This document shows positions 62,301 to 64,000 of a DNA stretch of 64,000 nucleotides, piece after piece (position 1 is the first letter of the stretch; each line of letters begins with the position of its first letter). The position numbers were made by a program, and so were the translations under genes. The notes below the pieces were generated by a model, which saw only the letters and a program-made list of their open reading frames with translations, did no database searches and had not been told where the DNA came from. The DNA lies in assembly GCA_973895155.1 (NCBI GenBank), contig OZ316896.1, positions 8,949,539-9,013,538 of the forward strand. The letters are read 5' to 3'. The stretch comes from Marsupella aquatica (lineage: Eukaryota; Plantae; Marchantiophyta).

Positions 62301-64000
62301 ACTTTTTGCCGAAGATGAGCTCTTTGAATTATGGCGGAACGTGTGTGCAAAATGGTTGAGTGGGAAGCTCCAAGACAGGGCTGGTGGGTATGGAGGGCCA
62401 AGACCCCCAAAATTGATCACTCCCGGTACCTTTCGATGCTTTGAAGGAGAGATTAGTAGCAAACAAATAATTGAGATCTTGAAGGATGTTGAAGAGGAGC
62501 GTGTCTTGCTGAAGAAGGATATCACCAACAAATTAGAGCTTGTCGCAATGGGAGACTTGGCCCTTACAATCAAGATAATGTCCAAATTGAGAACAATCAT
62601 TATTGGCTATTTCATGGAAAAGTATCGTGAGAAGTTTCCTGTTGGCACATCTTGGGAGTCTCTGGTGATATTGTTGCCTTCCTTGAAATCTGAGCTTGAG
62701 ATGACAAAATTGAGGAGAGCAACGGGTGAGGTTTACCTCAACAATTCATTGAAGAAGAATGTGGTCAAGGAGAGTTTCCCACAAAGTCTGATGGTCAGAC
62801 TAGATGGGTTGTATTGTAAAGAATTTGGTGGGATTGGTCGTTCTCGCACGGAGCCTTTCTTGACATTTTTTAGTGAGAATTTGATGAAGACGATCATGCC
62901 GGAAATGCTACAAGAGCCTTCGCCTTTGTGTCCTCTTGCCATTGTTGACTTCAGTAGGCTCCGACAACATGTTTGGACCGATGCTGAAATTATTGCATTA
63001 CTGCAATACATTGTGGATCTTCCAAGAAATCCAACAATTGTTGTTGTCATGACTGTGCATCCGGGGCCACTTGCTGCAAACATTTTGAGTGCCCTTAGGA
63101 AATTGCAACATGAAAAGGGAATGGACATCCACGTCGACTACGGGAGCTATCGACGGAGTGATACACCAGTTCCAGAGGGCTTACTTTTCAGTTGTGGTAT
63201 GGAGGAGATAATCTTTGCAGGAATCACCACTGAGGAGAAATTTGATTGGAAGCAAGTGTTCAGGCCTGGATTTAATTGCCAATTTTCTTACAATTCGGCG
63301 ATCGACCCTGATTTCCAAGTGGAAGACAAGACGGAGAAGCGAGATAAGAATAAGAGTAAGACAAGTAAGGAGACAGAGACTGAGTCAACTTTGGCATTTC
63401 ACATTGGAGATTTCTTACGAAAGGCTCCCATGTTTGAGATGGTGGGAAGTAGAGGTGGCTTTGTGAATATTCACGCTAAGCCAAAATGTATGCTGCAGAG
63501 TATTATTGAATTTTTTTCGGCTGAAGGGGAGACTATACTTGACTTTTTCTCGGGAGGACAGGTTATGAAGGTGTCATTGTTGTGTTTCAGAGAATGCTTT
63601 GCGTATTCAGACACTGAGGATGAATATGATTTCACTCAGGCATATGGAAGGGTTCTCTGCGAGAAAGTTCCTTCCATAATGAGTGACCGGATGGGCGGTT
63701 CCAAATTTGGTAGAGCCCGCGATGGGGTTTCCGAGCATGTTGGTGCCAAAGAAGGCGTAGACCAGGGCGAAGATGATATTGAGGAAGGAGAATTGGGTCA
63801 CGACACAGACGACAGGGTCACCCAAAATTTGGATGAACGTGGAACACAAGTGGTAGGTATTCCCTACTTTGGTGTGGGGTTGGCTGATGTTGTGGGTCGA
63901 CCTGAGGGCGACCCACCAAGAAATCCCTTTGCCGGTGTAGAGAATTGGATGCACCAATTGGACCCAGATCTTACATCGTCCACATTGGACGCACATTGGA
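59378..64000 (+). CDS. Element B ParB/Srx-like + beta-class N4C/N6A DNA-methyltransferase-fold protein (spliced, runs off the window, frameshift at ~61270)
   Basis: Frame-preserving introns 59547-60377 and 61905-62238. FLAISGQH at ~61595. Exon 62239-64000 is open (absent from the ORF track) and encodes VNIHAKPKCMLQIIIEFFSAEGETILDFFSGG...R.C at ~63465-63600. Confidence 0.75.
59770..60205. repeat. 65-bp tandem array (x~7) in intron 1, each unit carrying GCCTCGCCCTTGGGGCGAGGC
   Basis: Palindromes at 59775, 59841, 59906, 59971, 60036, 60100 and 60165. Confidence 0.95.

Larger units (their letters stand above)
53410..64000. mobile_element. Element B: second, diverged member of the same giant transposon family (right part outside the window)
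   Basis: Same divergent transposase / ParB-MTase layout as A. Candidate end CACCAAAACTTGAGGAA matches the A TIR at 12/17 and sits at an abrupt shift to AT-rich DNA. Confidence 0.7.

Overview
Eukaryotic plant-type genomic DNA: spliceosomal GT-AG introns, ARM, F-box and 2OG-dioxygenase-like sequences. A non-seed plant such as a liverwort or moss is my guess. The first ~22 kb holds two recognisable host genes (DUF2279/YfiM-like and an intronless ARM-repeat gene), a hAT MITE and decayed repeats. From ~23 kb onward the window is a nest of mobile elements. The main result is a 22.4-kb giant DNA transposon (element A, 25068-47468). It is defined by 17-bp TIRs, a 4-bp TTAG target duplication and an in-window empty-site paralog. 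It carries a DUF7869/Sola-like DDD transposase, a spliced ParB/Srx-like + N4C/N6A-methyltransferase-fold gene, three F-box-like genes, a Ulp1 protease and three FCP1-like domains. It is studded with one 16-bp palindrome (ACGCG-N6-CGCGT) in two tandem arrays and in most introns and spacers. A diverged relative (element B, from ~53410 to beyond the window) has the same transposase / ParB-MTase architecture but a different palindrome (GCCTCGCCC-N3-GGGCGAGGC). Between them lies a Helitron2/Helentron-type RepHel pseudogene with chromoviral fragments. Most element genes carry nonsense or frameshift lesions. All family assignments are by motif recognition only; no database search was run.
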